Source: Massalongia carnosa (lineage: Eukaryota). Taken from it: DNA of 64,000 bases. The translations under genes were made by a program, and so were the position numbers. Shown here piece after piece: positions 1 through 12,821 of the stretch. The notes beneath the pieces were generated by a model that did no database searches, had not been told where the DNA came from, and saw only the letters and a list, made by a program, of their open reading frames with translations. Positions within the stretch are counted from its first letter, which is position 1; each line of letters starts with the position of its first letter. The stretch is from positions 868,001 through 932,000 of the forward strand of contig OZ287083.1 in assembly GCA_965645245.1 (NCBI GenBank), given 5' to 3'.

Positions 1-208
1 GCATCAGGCCCACATGATTTCTTTGGATTAAATAAACTAATCGCATTTTGCAATTCATTTTCGGTTAAATTCGGCCAATTGTTGTAATTTTCGCTGTCTT
101 GATTCGTTAAATCTTCAATACTATCGTCCGTGAACGGGTTTTTTGTGTACATTCTGACACAAACGCAATCGCATTTGTGATTAAATTAAACATTTAACTT
201 GTTTTCGT
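1..208 (-). mobile_element. LINE subfamily A ORF2 internal fragment (runs off the window edge)
   Basis: Reverse complement matches the full-length copy at about 6720-6927, with several substitutions. Confidence 0.85.
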
Positions 209-2762
209 TTGAAAAACGTGTTTTTTACTATTTATTCTAAGTTTATACAAATCGGTTATCACCCGTTATTTTGGCGAACAGGACTCGGTGCTGTTTTAAA
301 AAAAACCTAATAAACCAGACTACTCGCTGCCAAAATCATATCGAATTATTACCTTACTGAATTGTCTTGGTAAAATTGCGGAGTAAATAGTGGCTAATCG
401 ACTAGCCTACCTCGGCGAAAATTCGAGCTTGTTAGATACCGAAAAAATAGGCGGACGGAAAAATCATTCTGCAATCGATGCGGTAATGAACGTCGTTCAT
501 GATATCGAAATCGCAAACCGAAACAAAAACGTTTTATCATGTCTATTATTCGATGTCAAAGGAGCATTTGACTTTGCTTCGATTAATCAATTGCTAAATG
601 TTATGAAAAAGCTGCATTTATCTCGCATAGTTATTCAATGGGTCAAGCATTTTATGACAAAACGATCGATCAATTTGATATTCGATGAACACAAAAGCAA
701 AACGTACTATATCGAATCTGGAATTCCACAAGGTTCACCTATTTCGCCAATTCTATTTCTGATTTATATTCGTTACTTATTTCCGAAAATACGAATGAAA
801 TTCAATGCTCATTCACCTAGCTTTATAGACGATTTTGCAATATATGTCGAAAATAAAACTGCCACACAGAATTGCAAAGAAATCGAAATTATCGTCAAAA
901 CAGCTTTTGATTGGGCCGCAACGAATAATGTCAAATTTGATGACGAGAAATCTGAGTTGATTCACTTCCAAAAGTCAAGAAATGCATCAAAAGACAAAGT
1001 GCAATTACCAAACGGGACAATACTAGAACCGAAAAATTCTGTCAAATGGTTAGGAGTCTGGTTAGACTGAAAACTAAATTACAAAAAACACGTCGAAACG
1101 CGAATTGCTTCTGCAAATCGATCGTTTTTCGCAATTCAAAATTTGATGAAGTCTGAATGGGGACTAAAGCCAACTGCATGCAGACAGCTCTATCTGTCAT
1201 GTATTATTCCTATTTCAGACTATGGCTCAGAAATCTGGTATAACGGTCAAAAGAAATATGAAAAGCTATTTCAGAATCTGCAAAATCGAATGATTCGAAA
1301 GATTTTAGGCATATTCAAAACCACGCCTGTTCAGGCTATGGAAATTGAATCGCATATTTTACCAGCCAAGCTACGATTGTTGATGAAAAATCAAAAATAC
1401 GCAATTCGATTATTGAAGATTGCCGAAAATAATCCTATTTGTCAAAGAATTCCCAGTACCTATTCTGTGAAATTCGAAAACATCGGTTTTGACACTAGTT
1501 TATGGAACAACAGATATGCTGAATGGAACGAAGACGAGAAAAAATCGAGTAAACCTCATCCTAGTCAGCTTATCCGTATTCTTCATTCCGTTTCGGATAT
1601 AGTTCACAAAACTGATGAATTCGAATCAGTAAATAATTTCATCAAACCATGGAAGCCGTCTTGTAAAATCAAGTTCCAAATCGAAAGATCCAAAGAAACA
1701 GCAAAGTCAAGTTATTATTCGACTTTATCAAAAATCCAATCAATAAACGCCGATAAATCGCGAATGTTACTCTATACCGATGGATCAAAAACCGAGTTTT
1801 CAACTTCCGCTGTCACATTTGCACCAATTATGCGAAATTGGAACAATTTCACCGATGACTTCAATCGTTTTATCGAAAAAGATTGTCTCCTCAAACAGCA
1901 TACGATTTCGAAAAGCTGGAAATTAAACAAACAGTCAAGCATTAAAAACGCTGTACTCTATGCGATACTACAAGCAATAAAATGGGCATACAAATTGACA
2001 ATTGCGAATATTCTCTTCAATTTGGAAAAAACGATTTGGCTTTTTTCCGATAGCATAAACGCGATAAACGAAATTCAGAACTTGACAAATCATACTTACG
2101 CAAAACAAATTCGAAAATTCTCGAAATGCTTATTCGGAAACAATTATCAGGTGGTTCTACAATGGATTCCTAGTCATTCGAAAATCGTCGAAAATGAAAT
2201 TGCAGATAAAGCAGCAAAAGCGGGACATAGTCGAATCCTAGTCGAGTCTTCGATATTAACATTTGATTATGTAAAGGGTCAAATAAATCGAAATATGTTA
2301 GCCACATGGGCGAATCAATGGCAACAATGCAAGTCAAAAGGCATATACTATGAGAAATTCGAAATGCAGCCGGGCAAATCGAGTTTTTATTATCTGTCGA
2401 ATAATTGTTCGAAATTAATATTTGCGACTATTATGCAAATGAAATTCGGACACGGTTATTTTCGATCATATCTGCACCGATTGAAAGATTATAATTCGTC
2501 AAAATGCACAGGGCGCTGCAACGAACGTCAAACGCCAGAACACTTATTGATGAATTGCATACATTATTCAAATGAAATCCTAAACATGAAACAAAATATC
2601 GATACCACAATTACTTTAAAAATGTTGTTTAATACTAGGATCGAAAATAATATTTTGATTAAATTTATTGTTGATAACAAAATCGCGACTAGAAAATGGA
2701 TGCTAGGTCAGCTCGATTTCGAAAATATCGAAACGGGAGGTTGGGGAGAGATCGAACAGTAA
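209..2762 (+). pseudogene. LINE ORF2 remnant (RT-RNase H-CCHC)
   Basis: ORFs 390-1070 (DVKGAFD, GIPQGSPISP, FIDD) and 1143-2762 (YTDGS, SDS, WIPSH, CTGRC..H..C) are separated by a TGA at 1068-1070. Confidence 0.9.
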
Positions 2763-3006
2763 AATTAGAAATGATTTATGCTGGAATATTTACGAGCTTT
2801 ACAAAAACAAATTGTAAAATCGATATTTCGATTAGTAAAGGTTGTTACTAACACGGAGTAAAAACGGGGCAATATTGACGATAGATAGTTGGGTTATAAA
2901 GGGTTGATTTATTTGTAAAATAAAACCATATCTTAAAATAGTTTAGTGTCATAACCTTAGGTTGAATACACTTAATGAATAAAAAAAAAAAAATAAAAAA
3001 AAAAAA
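209..3006 (+). mobile_element. 5'-truncated Tad1-like LINE, subfamily A
   Basis: Near-identical to 6965-9773. Has RT, RNase H, CCHC, 3' UTR and an A-rich tail at about 2982-3006. Confidence 0.95.
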
Positions 3007-3920
3007 GAAGTCAACACGCGTCATCAGCAAAAAGCCAACCCCCAAAACATCGGTACCCTATATTTTGATATACTGAAACTTTCCCAACTTATTCTCCTCA
3101 TTCTTCTCATTCATTTGAGCCTACCAGAAGCTAAAACCCATCAGAATTGGGTACAGGAGAGCTCTTCCACTGCTCCTGCAGAGTTTTCCTCGCGGTCTGT
3201 CCGCCCCTTCACCAAAAAGCGCGTCCAAAAAATCTACAAAACACAAAAACACCAACAACAACGTCAAAAATCGCTCGATTTTCGATATTTCTTCGGTTTA
3301 ATTGTCGCATAGATCTCATCTATTATCACAAAAATTATCTACAAAATATCATCACTGTCGCGTAACTGTACAACCTGTTCTCGAGACAACAAAACTTCTT
3401 GGTGTTCATTTGAAAATTAAGGTTACCGGTACCGTATACACTATTCCATTTTGGGTTTTTTCGATTTTCGTTGAACTGCCGACAAACAATCTGCTGAAAC
3501 GAAGGGGAAAAACGTCTGAAATAGGGTTAAACCAAAGGCCCTGTTTCAGGCTAACCAGAATAGGAAGTCTCCTCTCTCTCATTGTACTTGATTTTTATTT
3601 CTGGATCAAAAACATTTTTTAAAAAAAAATTTTCTGTTCGATCGTAAAATTCTTATTATATTCCATATATCGTAGTGTCAAGGTAAAGAGTTAAATAAGA
3701 TCTATTGCCTAAGCGAGGAACGGTCTATTTTAACTCGACTAGGATTTATTTGACTTGTTATTGTCAAATAAATAGGGTTTGGAAAGCAAGAGTCTTTAGA
3801 CCAGTAAATCGGCGTAAAAACTCTCTATTCTGACTATTACGTCCGGGGAACGTCAGAATAAATTATTTGGTGGCGATAAAGGGGATATAGCAAAGGCAAC
3901 ATCGATTTATTTATAAATCC

Positions 3921-5504
3921 ATGTTTAACGCGGTAATGAACCGCCGGAATATACCAAGGACACTACCCCCAGCCGGTCCCGCCCCCCTATCGACCCCTTA
4001 CCCGGCCCCCCCCCGACACTCCCCCGGACCATCTCCGGTGGCGTTGATAGGGAGCTCTCCCCGTCTTGAACCTATGGATCAAACTCGCGAATATGCATCA
4101 GCCCCGTCCACACCGACACCAAAGGCAACGAAATTCCCATCGGGTCCATTTTCCACTATCTTGCCGATGCCTTCATTGAACTTAAATATTGGATCAAGCC
4201 CACCAATCAAACGAAATAAAAGACGCACATTTGACGAACATTCGAGAGATAGCCAAGAAGCGATCAATCGGGCAAATTCAATTGAGCTTCTAAAGTCGGC
4301 CAAAAAAGCATTATTGCAATCATTTGTACTGGACCAAAATCCACAAACGGCTATCGTAATTGACAACGTTAATTCGTTGATTTCGAAAAAATCAATCAAT
4401 TTACAAACATCCTTAGATATGATTAACTATAAAATGGGCATAGTACTTGATCAAACTAGTCATCTTTCCTCAAAAACGTCACAACAACAAACGACTCCAC
4501 TACAGAATGGTCCAAAAATCCAAAAACCTGTTGTTAAATTGAACGAAAATTCAATTATCGAAAATCAGACCATTCGCAAAGGAGCCACCGGGGTCTCTGG
4601 TAACAATGTTAGCACAACCGGTACATGGAGTCAAATGCTTGGAAAAGCAACCGAAAACTCCCAAAATTGGACTACTATTCAAAGGAAAAGTTCGAATCAT
4701 AATTCGAACAAAGTCGATCGATTTGATGCAATCAAGGCCAGACGACTCGTAATTTCACCGAAAAATCCTGACGCTCAAATCGACTCTATGAAGCTGCGTG
4801 ATCAAATTAACGAGCTATTAAAACACGCAAATTTAAACATCATCGTCAATACTGTTGAAAAGTCCAAAACCGGTCAGAATATCGTTCTCACCACTAGCCC
4901 TGACAACAATGCCGAAGAATTGTTGAAAAATAAATCTTCATGGGAACACATTTTCGAATCACAAAGAATTCGAAAAGACGAATCCTGGTTTAAAGTCATA
5001 GCACACGGAGTAAATATCTCGTTATTCGATAATAACATGCAATATTTGCAAACCGAAATCGAAAAATACAATTCGAATATGCAACTATGCGATTTACCAA
5101 GATGGCTTGCTCGGGATCGTCAAAACAAAGTCACGTCGTCGGTAGTTTTGACTTTCAATAATCAAAATCAAGCGTCAAACGCGTTAAGAGGCGTGAATAT
5201 CGCGGGTAGACATTGTGACACGGAAATATTTGCTTCCGTTCGTCCAAACACGCAATGTATTAATTGTCAGAAATTTGGACATAAGCATTATCAATGCAAA
5301 AGTCCGGCAAAATGCAATATATGCGCACAAAGTCATGAAACGCATAATCATGAATGCACAACATGCAAGTCTAAAATCGCATGCGCACATGAAATTCTGA
5401 AATGCGTCAATTGCAACAAAAATCATCAATCGAACGATATAGGTTGCGAAATGTTTATCTCGCTAAATCCTAGAAAATCGAATGATGAATTAATGCTTGG
5501 TTAA
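3921..5504 (+). CDS. LINE ORF1 gag-like nucleic-acid-binding protein (527 aa, intact)
   Basis: Pro-rich N-terminus and C-terminal zinc knuckles (CINCQKFGHKHYQC, CNICAQSH, CVNCNKNH). Stop overlaps the ORF2 ATG. Confidence 0.9.
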   Translation: MFNAVMNRRNIPRTLPPAGPAPLSTPYPAPPRHSPGPSPVALIGSSPRLEPMDQTREYASAPSTPTPKATKFPSGPFSTILPMPSLNLNIGSSPPIKRNKRRTFDEHSRDSQEAINRANSIELLKSAKKALLQSFVLDQNPQTAIVIDNVNSLISKKSINLQTSLDMINYKMGIVLDQTSHLSSKTSQQQTTPLQNGPKIQKPVVKLNENSIIENQTIRKGATGVSGNNVSTTGTWSQMLGKATENSQNWTTIQRKSSNHNSNKVDRFDAIKARRLVISPKNPDAQIDSMKLRDQINELLKHANLNIIVNTVEKSKTGQNIVLTTSPDNNAEELLKNKSSWEHIFESQRIRKDESWFKVIAHGVNISLFDNNMQYLQTEIEKYNSNMQLCDLPRWLARDRQNKVTSSVVLTFNNQNQASNALRGVNIAGRHCDTEIFASVRPNTQCINCQKFGHKHYQCKSPAKCNICAQSHETHNHECTTCKSKIACAHEILKCVNCNKNHQSNDIGCEMFISLNPRKSNDELMLG

Positions 5505-8500
5505 TGGCGGGACAACATTCGTTGACAAATATCGAAAATACACAAAATGTCAAATTTATTCAACATAATTGTGCAAAGTCAACAAATGCAATGATTTCGT
5601 GTCTGGAATATGCAGTATTAAATCGTGTTGATATTGTTTTATTTCAGGAACCATAGACGCGAGATCAAAAAACAATTTCCCATCCGTCATTCACATGTAT
5701 TATGCCGAAAATAGCGACTTATCGGCCGAGAGTAGCTATATTCGTTACAAAATGCAATCCAAAATTACAATGCACGCCTAGAACGGATCTTATAAACGAT
5801 ACTGATCTGCAAATTATCGAAATTACAATTGATGAAGTTCGAAAAGTGCAGATCTTTAACCTTTACAATGAAAAAAGTCTAAACGATCGAGAAACATATA
5901 CAATCGATCGACTTTTAGTTAAATATCAACCTATATCAACTGATCAATTTGTCATATGTGGGGATTTCAATGCACATCATAGCTGGTGGAATTCGAAGAT
6001 TCAAAATGCAATTCGATCAGAAAATCTAGTCAAATGGTTAAAATTAAACAAATGTAGTTTGATAAATACGCCTGATCTATATACATTTTTTGCTCATTCA
6101 GGAAATTCTTCATCTATTATTGATTTAACATTTGCAAATTCTAAAATCGAAAACGCAATTACAAATTGGTCAATCGATGAAAACGCAGTCACGGGTTCAG
6201 ATCATGAAGTTATTCGATTTGAACTTATCGCGTCTTTCAAGAACTTGACGTCACACGCAACCGCATTATCGAATAAATACAACTGCAATAAAGCTGATTG
6301 GGATAAATTCGCGAAGTTTCTAGACGAAAATGCAATAAACTACGAGTCCCATATACAAAGTCTATTGAACAATTATCAATTTGATGAATCAGCGTTATAT
6401 TTGCAAAACGTTATCAAAAACGCGGCTGAAATGTTTATTCCGAAGACAAAAATATGCGCAAAATCGAAAAAGTGGTGGTCGCAAGATTTATCCGGACTTC
6501 GAAAAATCATGTGTAGACATCGTCGAGAATGGAAGAATAATCCGTCCTATTTTAGTCATCAAACATTTAGACATAGTCGAATCGAGTACTTTCATGCAAT
6601 TCGAAAAGCGAAACAGCAAACTTGGTTGGCTTTTCTCGAAAACGCAGCGAATAAAGACGTATTTACAGCTTATAAATACACTAAACCGCGCATGTTCGAA
6701 AAAATACCACCTATTCAATATGAAAATAAGTTAAATGTTCAATTCGATCACAAATGCGATGCGTTTGTGTCAGCAATGTATACAAAAAACCCGTTCACTG
6801 ATGATAATATTGAAGATTTAACGAATCAAGACAGCGAAAATGACAACAATTGGCCGAATTTAACAGAAAATGAATTGCAAAATGCGATTAGTTTGTTTAA
6901 TCCAAAGAAATCATGTGGGCCTGATGCAATCAATTTCACAATAATTCAAAAATCGTTTCAACCATTGAAAAACGTGTTTTTTACTATTTATTCTAAATTT
7001 ATACAAATCGGTTATCACCCGTTATGTTGGCGAACAGGACTCGGTGCTGTTTTAAAAAAACCTAATAAACCAGACTACTCGCTGCCAAAATCATATCGAA
7101 TTATTACCTTACTGAATTGTCTTTGTAAAATTGCGGAGAAAATAGTTGCTAATCGACTAGCCTACCTCGGCGAAAATTCGAGCTTGTTAGATACCGAACA
7201 AATGGGCGGACGGAAAAATCATTCTGCAATCGATGCGGTAATGAACGTCGTTCATGATATCGAAATCGCAAACCGAAACAAAAACGTTTTATCATGTCTA
7301 TTACTCGATGTCAAAGGAGCATTTGACTTTGTTTCGATTAATCAATTGATAAATGTCATGAAAAAGCTGCATTTATCTCGAATAGTTATTCAATGGGTCA
7401 AGCATTTTATGACAAAACGATCGATCAATTTGATATTCGATGAACACAAAAGCAAAACGTACTATATCGAATCTGGAATTCCACAAGGTTCACCAATTTC
7501 GCCAATTCTATTTCTGATTTATATTCGTTACTTATTTCCGAAAATACGAATAAAATTCAATGCTCATTCACCTAGCTTTATAGACGATGTTGCAATATAT
7601 GTCGAAAATAAAACTGCCACACAGAATTGCAAAGAAATCGAAATTATCGTCAAAACAGCTTTTGATTGGGCCGCAACGAATAATGTCAAATTTGATGACG
7701 ACAAATCTGAGTTGATTCACTTCGAAAAGTCAAGAAATGCATCAAAAGACAAAGTGCAATTACCAAACGGGACAATACTAGAACCGAAAAATTCTGTCAA
7801 ATGGTTAGGAGTCTGGTTAGACCGAAAACTAAATTACAAAAAACACGTCGAAACGCGAATTGCTTCTGCAAATCGATCGTTTTTCGCAATTCAAAATTTG
7901 ATGAAGTCTGAATGGGGACTAAAGCCAACTGCATGCAGACAGCTCTATTTGTCATGCATTATTCCTATTTCGGACTATGGCTCAGAAATCTGGTATAACG
8001 GTCAAAAGAAATATGAAAAGCTATTTCAGAATCTGCAAAATCGAATGATTCGAAATATTTTAGGCACATTCAAAACCACGCCTGTTCAGGCGATGGAAAT
8101 TGAATCGCATATTTTACCAGCCAAGCTATGATTGTTGATGAAAAATCAAAAATACGCAATTAGATTATTGAAGATTGCCGAAAATAATCCTATTTGTCAA
8201 AGAATTCCCAGTACCTATACGGTGAAATTTGAAAACATTGGTTTTGACACTAGTTTATGGAACAACAGATATGCTGAATGGAACGAAGACGAGAAAAAAT
8301 CGAGTAAACCTCATCCTAGTCAGCTTATCCGTATTCTTCATTCCGTTTCGGATATAGTTCACAAAACTGATGAATTCGAATCAGTAAATAATTTCATCAA
8401 ACCATGGAAGCCGTCTTGTAAAATCAAGTTCCAAATCGAAAGATCAAAAGAAACAGCAAAGTCAAGTTATTATTCGACTTTATCAAAAATTCAATCAATA

Positions 8501-9517
8501 AACGCCGATAAATCGCAAATTTTACTCTATACCGATGGATCAAAAACCGAGTTTTCAACTTCCGCTGTCACATTTGCACCAATTACGCGAAATTGGAACA
8601 ATTTCACCGATAACTTCAATCGTTTTATCGAAAAAGATTGTCTCCTCAAACATCATACGATTTCGAAAAGCTGGAAATTAAAAAAACAGTCAAGCGTTAA
8701 AAACGCTGAACTGTATGCGATACTACAAGCAATAAAATGGGCATACAAATTGACAATTGCGAATATTCTCTTCAATTTGGAAAAAACGATTTGGATTTTT
8801 TCCGATAGCATAAACGCGATAAACGAAATTCAGAACTTGACAAATCATATTTACGCAAAACAAATTCGAAAATTCTCGAAATGCTTATTCGGAAATAATT
8901 ATCAGGTGGTTCTACAATGGATTCCTAGTCATTCGAAAATCGTCGAAAATGAAATTGCAGATAAAGCAGCTAAAGCGGGACATAGTCGAATCCTAGTCGA
9001 GTCTTCGATAATAACATTTGATTATGTGAAGGGTCAAATAAATCGAAATATGTTAGCCACATGGGCGAATCAATGGCAACAATGCAAGTCAAAAGGCAAA
9101 TACTATGAGAAATTCGAAATGCAGCCGGGCAAATCGAGTTTTTATTATCTGTCGAATAATTGTTCTAAATTAATATTTGCAACTATTATGCAAATGAAAT
9201 TCGGACACGGTTATTTTCGATCATATCTGCACCGATTGAAAGATTATAATTCGTCAAAATGCACAGGGCGCTGCAACGAACGTCAAACACCAGAACACTT
9301 ATTGATGAATTGCATACATTATTCAAATGAAATCCTAAACATGAAACAAAATATCGATACCACAATTACTTTAAAAATGTTGTTTAATACTAGGATCGGA
9401 AATAATATTTATATTAAATTTATTGTTGATAACAAAATCGCGATTAGAAAATGGATGCTAGGTCAGCTCGATGACGAAAATATCGAAACGGGAGGTTGGG
9501 GAGAGATCGAACAGTAA
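5504..9517 (+). pseudogene. LINE ORF2 (AP endonuclease-RT-RNase H-CCHC) with two premature stops
   Basis: Motifs QEP, GDFN, IDLTF, GSDH, YRIITLLN, LLDVKGAFD, GIPQGS, FIDD, YTDGS. TGG>TAG near 5655 and CGA>TGA at 8129-8131 relative to sister copies. Confidence 0.92.
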
Positions 9518-9737
9518 AATTAGAAATGATTTATGCTGGAATATTTACGAGCTTTACAAAAACAAATTTTAAAATCGATATTTCGATTACTAAAGGTTGT
9601 TACTAACACGGAGTAAAAACGGGGCAATATTGACTATACATAGTTGGGTTATAAAGGGTTGATTTATTTGTAAAATAAAACCATATCTTAAAATAGTTTA
9701 GTGTCATAACCTTAGGTTGAATACACTTAATGAATAA

Positions 9738-9773
<36 letters not shown>

Positions 9774-9775
<2 letters not shown>

Positions 9776-12538
9776 ATGTGAGTGACGGATGGGAAATTGT
9801 TTTTTGATCTCGCGTCCATGGTTCCTGAAATAAAAAAATATCAACACGATTTAATACTGCATATTCCAGACACGAAATCATTGCATTCGTTGACTTTGCA
9901 CAATTAATTATATTGAATAAATTTGACATTTTATGTATTTTCGATATTTGTCAAAGAATGTTGTCCCGCCATTAACCAAGCATTAATTCATCATTCGATT
10001 CTCTAGGATTTAGCGAGATAAAGATTTCGCATCCTATATCGTTCGATTGATGATTTTTGTTCCAATTGACGCATTTCAGAATTGCGTGTGCGCATGCGAT
10101 TTTAGACTTGCATGTTGTGCATTTATGATTATGCGTTTCATGACTTTGTGCGCATATATTGCATTTTGCTTGACTTTTGCATTGATAATGCTTATGTCCA
10201 AATTTCTGACAATTAATACATTGCGTGTTTGGACGAACGGAGGCAAATATTTCCGTGTCTCTATGTCTACCCGCGATATTCACGCCTCTTAACGCGTTTG
10301 ACGCTTGATTTTGATTATTGAAAGTCAAAACTACCGACGACGTGACTTTGTTTTGACGATCCCGAGCAAGCTATCTTGGTAAATTGCATAGTTGCATATT
10401 CGAATTGTATTTTTCGATTTCGGTTTGCAAATATTGCATATAATTATCGAATAAGGAGATATTTATTCCGTGTGCTATGACTTTAAGCCAGGATTCTTCT
10501 TTTCGAATTCTTTATGATTCGAAAATGTGTTCCCATGAAGATTTATTTTTCAACAATTCTTCGGCATTGTTGTCAGGGCTAGTGGTGAGAACGATATTCT
10601 GACCGGTTTTGGACTTTTCAACAGTATTGACGATGATGTTTAAAGTTGCGTTTTTTAATAGCGCGTTAATTTGATCACGCAACTTCATAGAGTCGATTTG
10701 AGCGTCAGGATTTTTCGGTGAAATCACGAGTCGTCTGGCCTTGATTGCATCAAATCGATCAACTTTGCTCGAATTATAATTCGATCTTTTCCTTTGAATA
10801 GTAGTCCAATTTTCGGAGTTATCGGTTGCTTTTCCAAGCATTTGACTCCATGTACCGGTTTTGCTATAATTGTTACCAGAGACCCCGGTGGCTCCTTTGC
10901 GAATAGTCTGATTTTCGATAATTGAATTTTCATTCAATTTAATAACAGGTTTTTGGATTTTTGGACCGTTTTGTAGTGGAGTCGTTTGTTGTTGTAACGT
11001 TTTTGAGAAAAGATGACTAGTGTGATTAAGTACTATGCCCATTTTGTAGTTAATCATATCTAAAGATGTTTGTAAATTGATTGACTTTTTTCGAAATCAA
11101 CGAATTAACGTTGTCAATTACGATAGCCGTTTGTGGATTTTGGTCCAGTACAAATGATTGCAATAGTGCTTTTTTGGCCGACTTTAGAAGCTCAATTGAA
11201 TTTGCCCGATTGATCGCTTCTTGGCTATCTATCGAATGTTCGTCAAATGTTCGTCTTTTATTTCGTTTGATTGGTAGGCTTGATCCAATGTTTAAATTCA
11301 ACGAAGGCATCGGTAAGATAGTGGAAAATTGACCCGATGGGAATTTCGTTGCCTTTGGTGTCGGTGTTGAAGGGGCTGATGCATATTCGCGAGTTTGATC
11401 CATAATTTCAAGACGGGGAGAGCTCTCTATCAACGCCACCGGAGATGGTCCGGGGGAGTGTCGGAGGGGGACCGGGTAGGGTGTCGATAGGGGGGCGGGA
11501 CCGGCTGGGGGTGGTGTTCTTGGTATATTCCGGCGATTCATTACCGCGTTAAACATGATTTTATAAATAAATCGATGTTGCCTTTGCTATATCCCCTTTA
11601 TCGCCACCAAATAGTTTATTCTGACGTTCCCAGGACGTAATAGTCAGAATAGAGAGTTTTTACGCAGATTTACTGGTCTAAAGACTCTTGCTTTCCATAC
11701 CCTATTTATTTGACAATAACAAGTCAAATAAATCCTAGTCGAGCTAAAATAGATCGTTCCTCGCTTAGGCAATAGATCTTATTTAAGTCTTTACCTAGAC
11801 ACTACTATATTTGGAATATAATAAAAATTTTACGATCGAACCGAAAATTTTTTTTTTTAAAAATGTTTTTGATCCAGAAATAAAAATCAAGTTCAATGAG
11901 AGAGTAGGAGACTTCCTATTCTGGTTAGCCTGAAACAGGGCCTTTGGTTTAACCCTATTTCAGACGTTTTTCCATTTCGTTTCAGTAGATTGTTGATCGG
12001 CAGTTCAACGTAAATCGAAAAAACCCAAAATAGAATAGTGTATACGGTACCAGTAACCTTAAATTTCAAATGAATATCAAGAAGTTATGTTGTCTCGAGA
12101 ACAGGTTGTACAGTTACGCGACAGTGATGATATTTTGTAGCTAGTTTTTGGGATATTAGATAAGATCTATGAGACAACTAAACCGAAGAAATATCGAAAA
12201 TCGAGCCATTTTTGACGTTGTTGTTGGTGTTTTTGTGTTTTGTAGATTTTTTGGACGCGCTTTTTGGTGAAGGGGCGGACAGACCGCGAGGACAAAAAAA
12301 TATATCTTAAAATAGGTTAGTGTCATAACCTTAGGTTAAATACACTTAATGAATAAATAAAAATAAAAAAGACCGCGAGGAAAACTCTGCAGGAGCCGTG
12401 GAAGAGCTCTTCTGTACCCAATTCTGATGGGTTTTAGCTTCTGGTAGGCTCAAATAAATGAGAAGAATGAGGAAAAAAAGTTGGGAAAGTTTCAGTATAT
12501 CAAAATATAGGGTACAGATGTTTTAGGGGTTGGCTTTT
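9774..12538 (-). mobile_element. 5' half of a LINE subfamily A (5' UTR, broken ORF1, start of ORF2)
   Basis: ORF1 pieces at 11050-11556, 10512-11057 and 9972-10328. Cut early in ORF2 at the poly(A) of the plus-strand copy. Confidence 0.93.
12293..12369 (+). mobile_element. 77-bp extremely 5'-truncated LINE tail insertion
   Basis: LINE 3' terminus plus A-tail, flanked by TSD agaccgcgagga (12281-12292 and 12370-12381). Confidence 0.9.
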
Positions 12539-12821
12539 GGGCGCTGAAGTTTTTAATAGTTTAAAAACGTTGTTCCATGAACAACGTTCATTACTGCGTC
12601 AATTGCAGAATAAATTTAGCGTCCAGCAATCTGTTCGATATCTAGTAAATTAGAATTTTCGCCGAAGTAGGCTAGTCGATTTGTAACGATTTTCTCAGCA
12701 ATTTTACCCAGACAATTTAGTAATGTGATAATTCGATATGATTTTGGTAGCGAATAGTCTGATTTATTAGGTTTTTTCAGAACTGCACCGAGTCCTGTCC
12801 ACCAGCATAACAGGTGATAAC

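Larger units (their letters stand above)
3007..9773 (+). mobile_element. Full-length Tad1-like LINE, subfamily A (about 6.8 kb)
   Basis: About 0.9 kb 5' UTR, ORF1, ORF2, 3' UTR and a long poly(A) at 9740-9773. Colinear with 19829-26573. No clear TSD. Confidence 0.95.

Noticed and set aside
3115..3622. Upstream ORFs in the LINE 5' UTR as real genes
   Set aside because: They recur only because the copies are near-identical, have non-ATG or weak starts, and are not preserved in B or C copies.
3921..5504. ORF1 as an EKA-type (AVRk1/AVRa10-like) effector
   Set aside because: It sits in an ordinary full LINE context, and I cannot show EKA homology without a search.
9603..9929. Phe-rich or membrane-like small ORFs (also 2848-3045, 42906-43109, 49184-49378)
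   Set aside because: Artefacts of reading poly(A) tails and 3' UTRs antisense.
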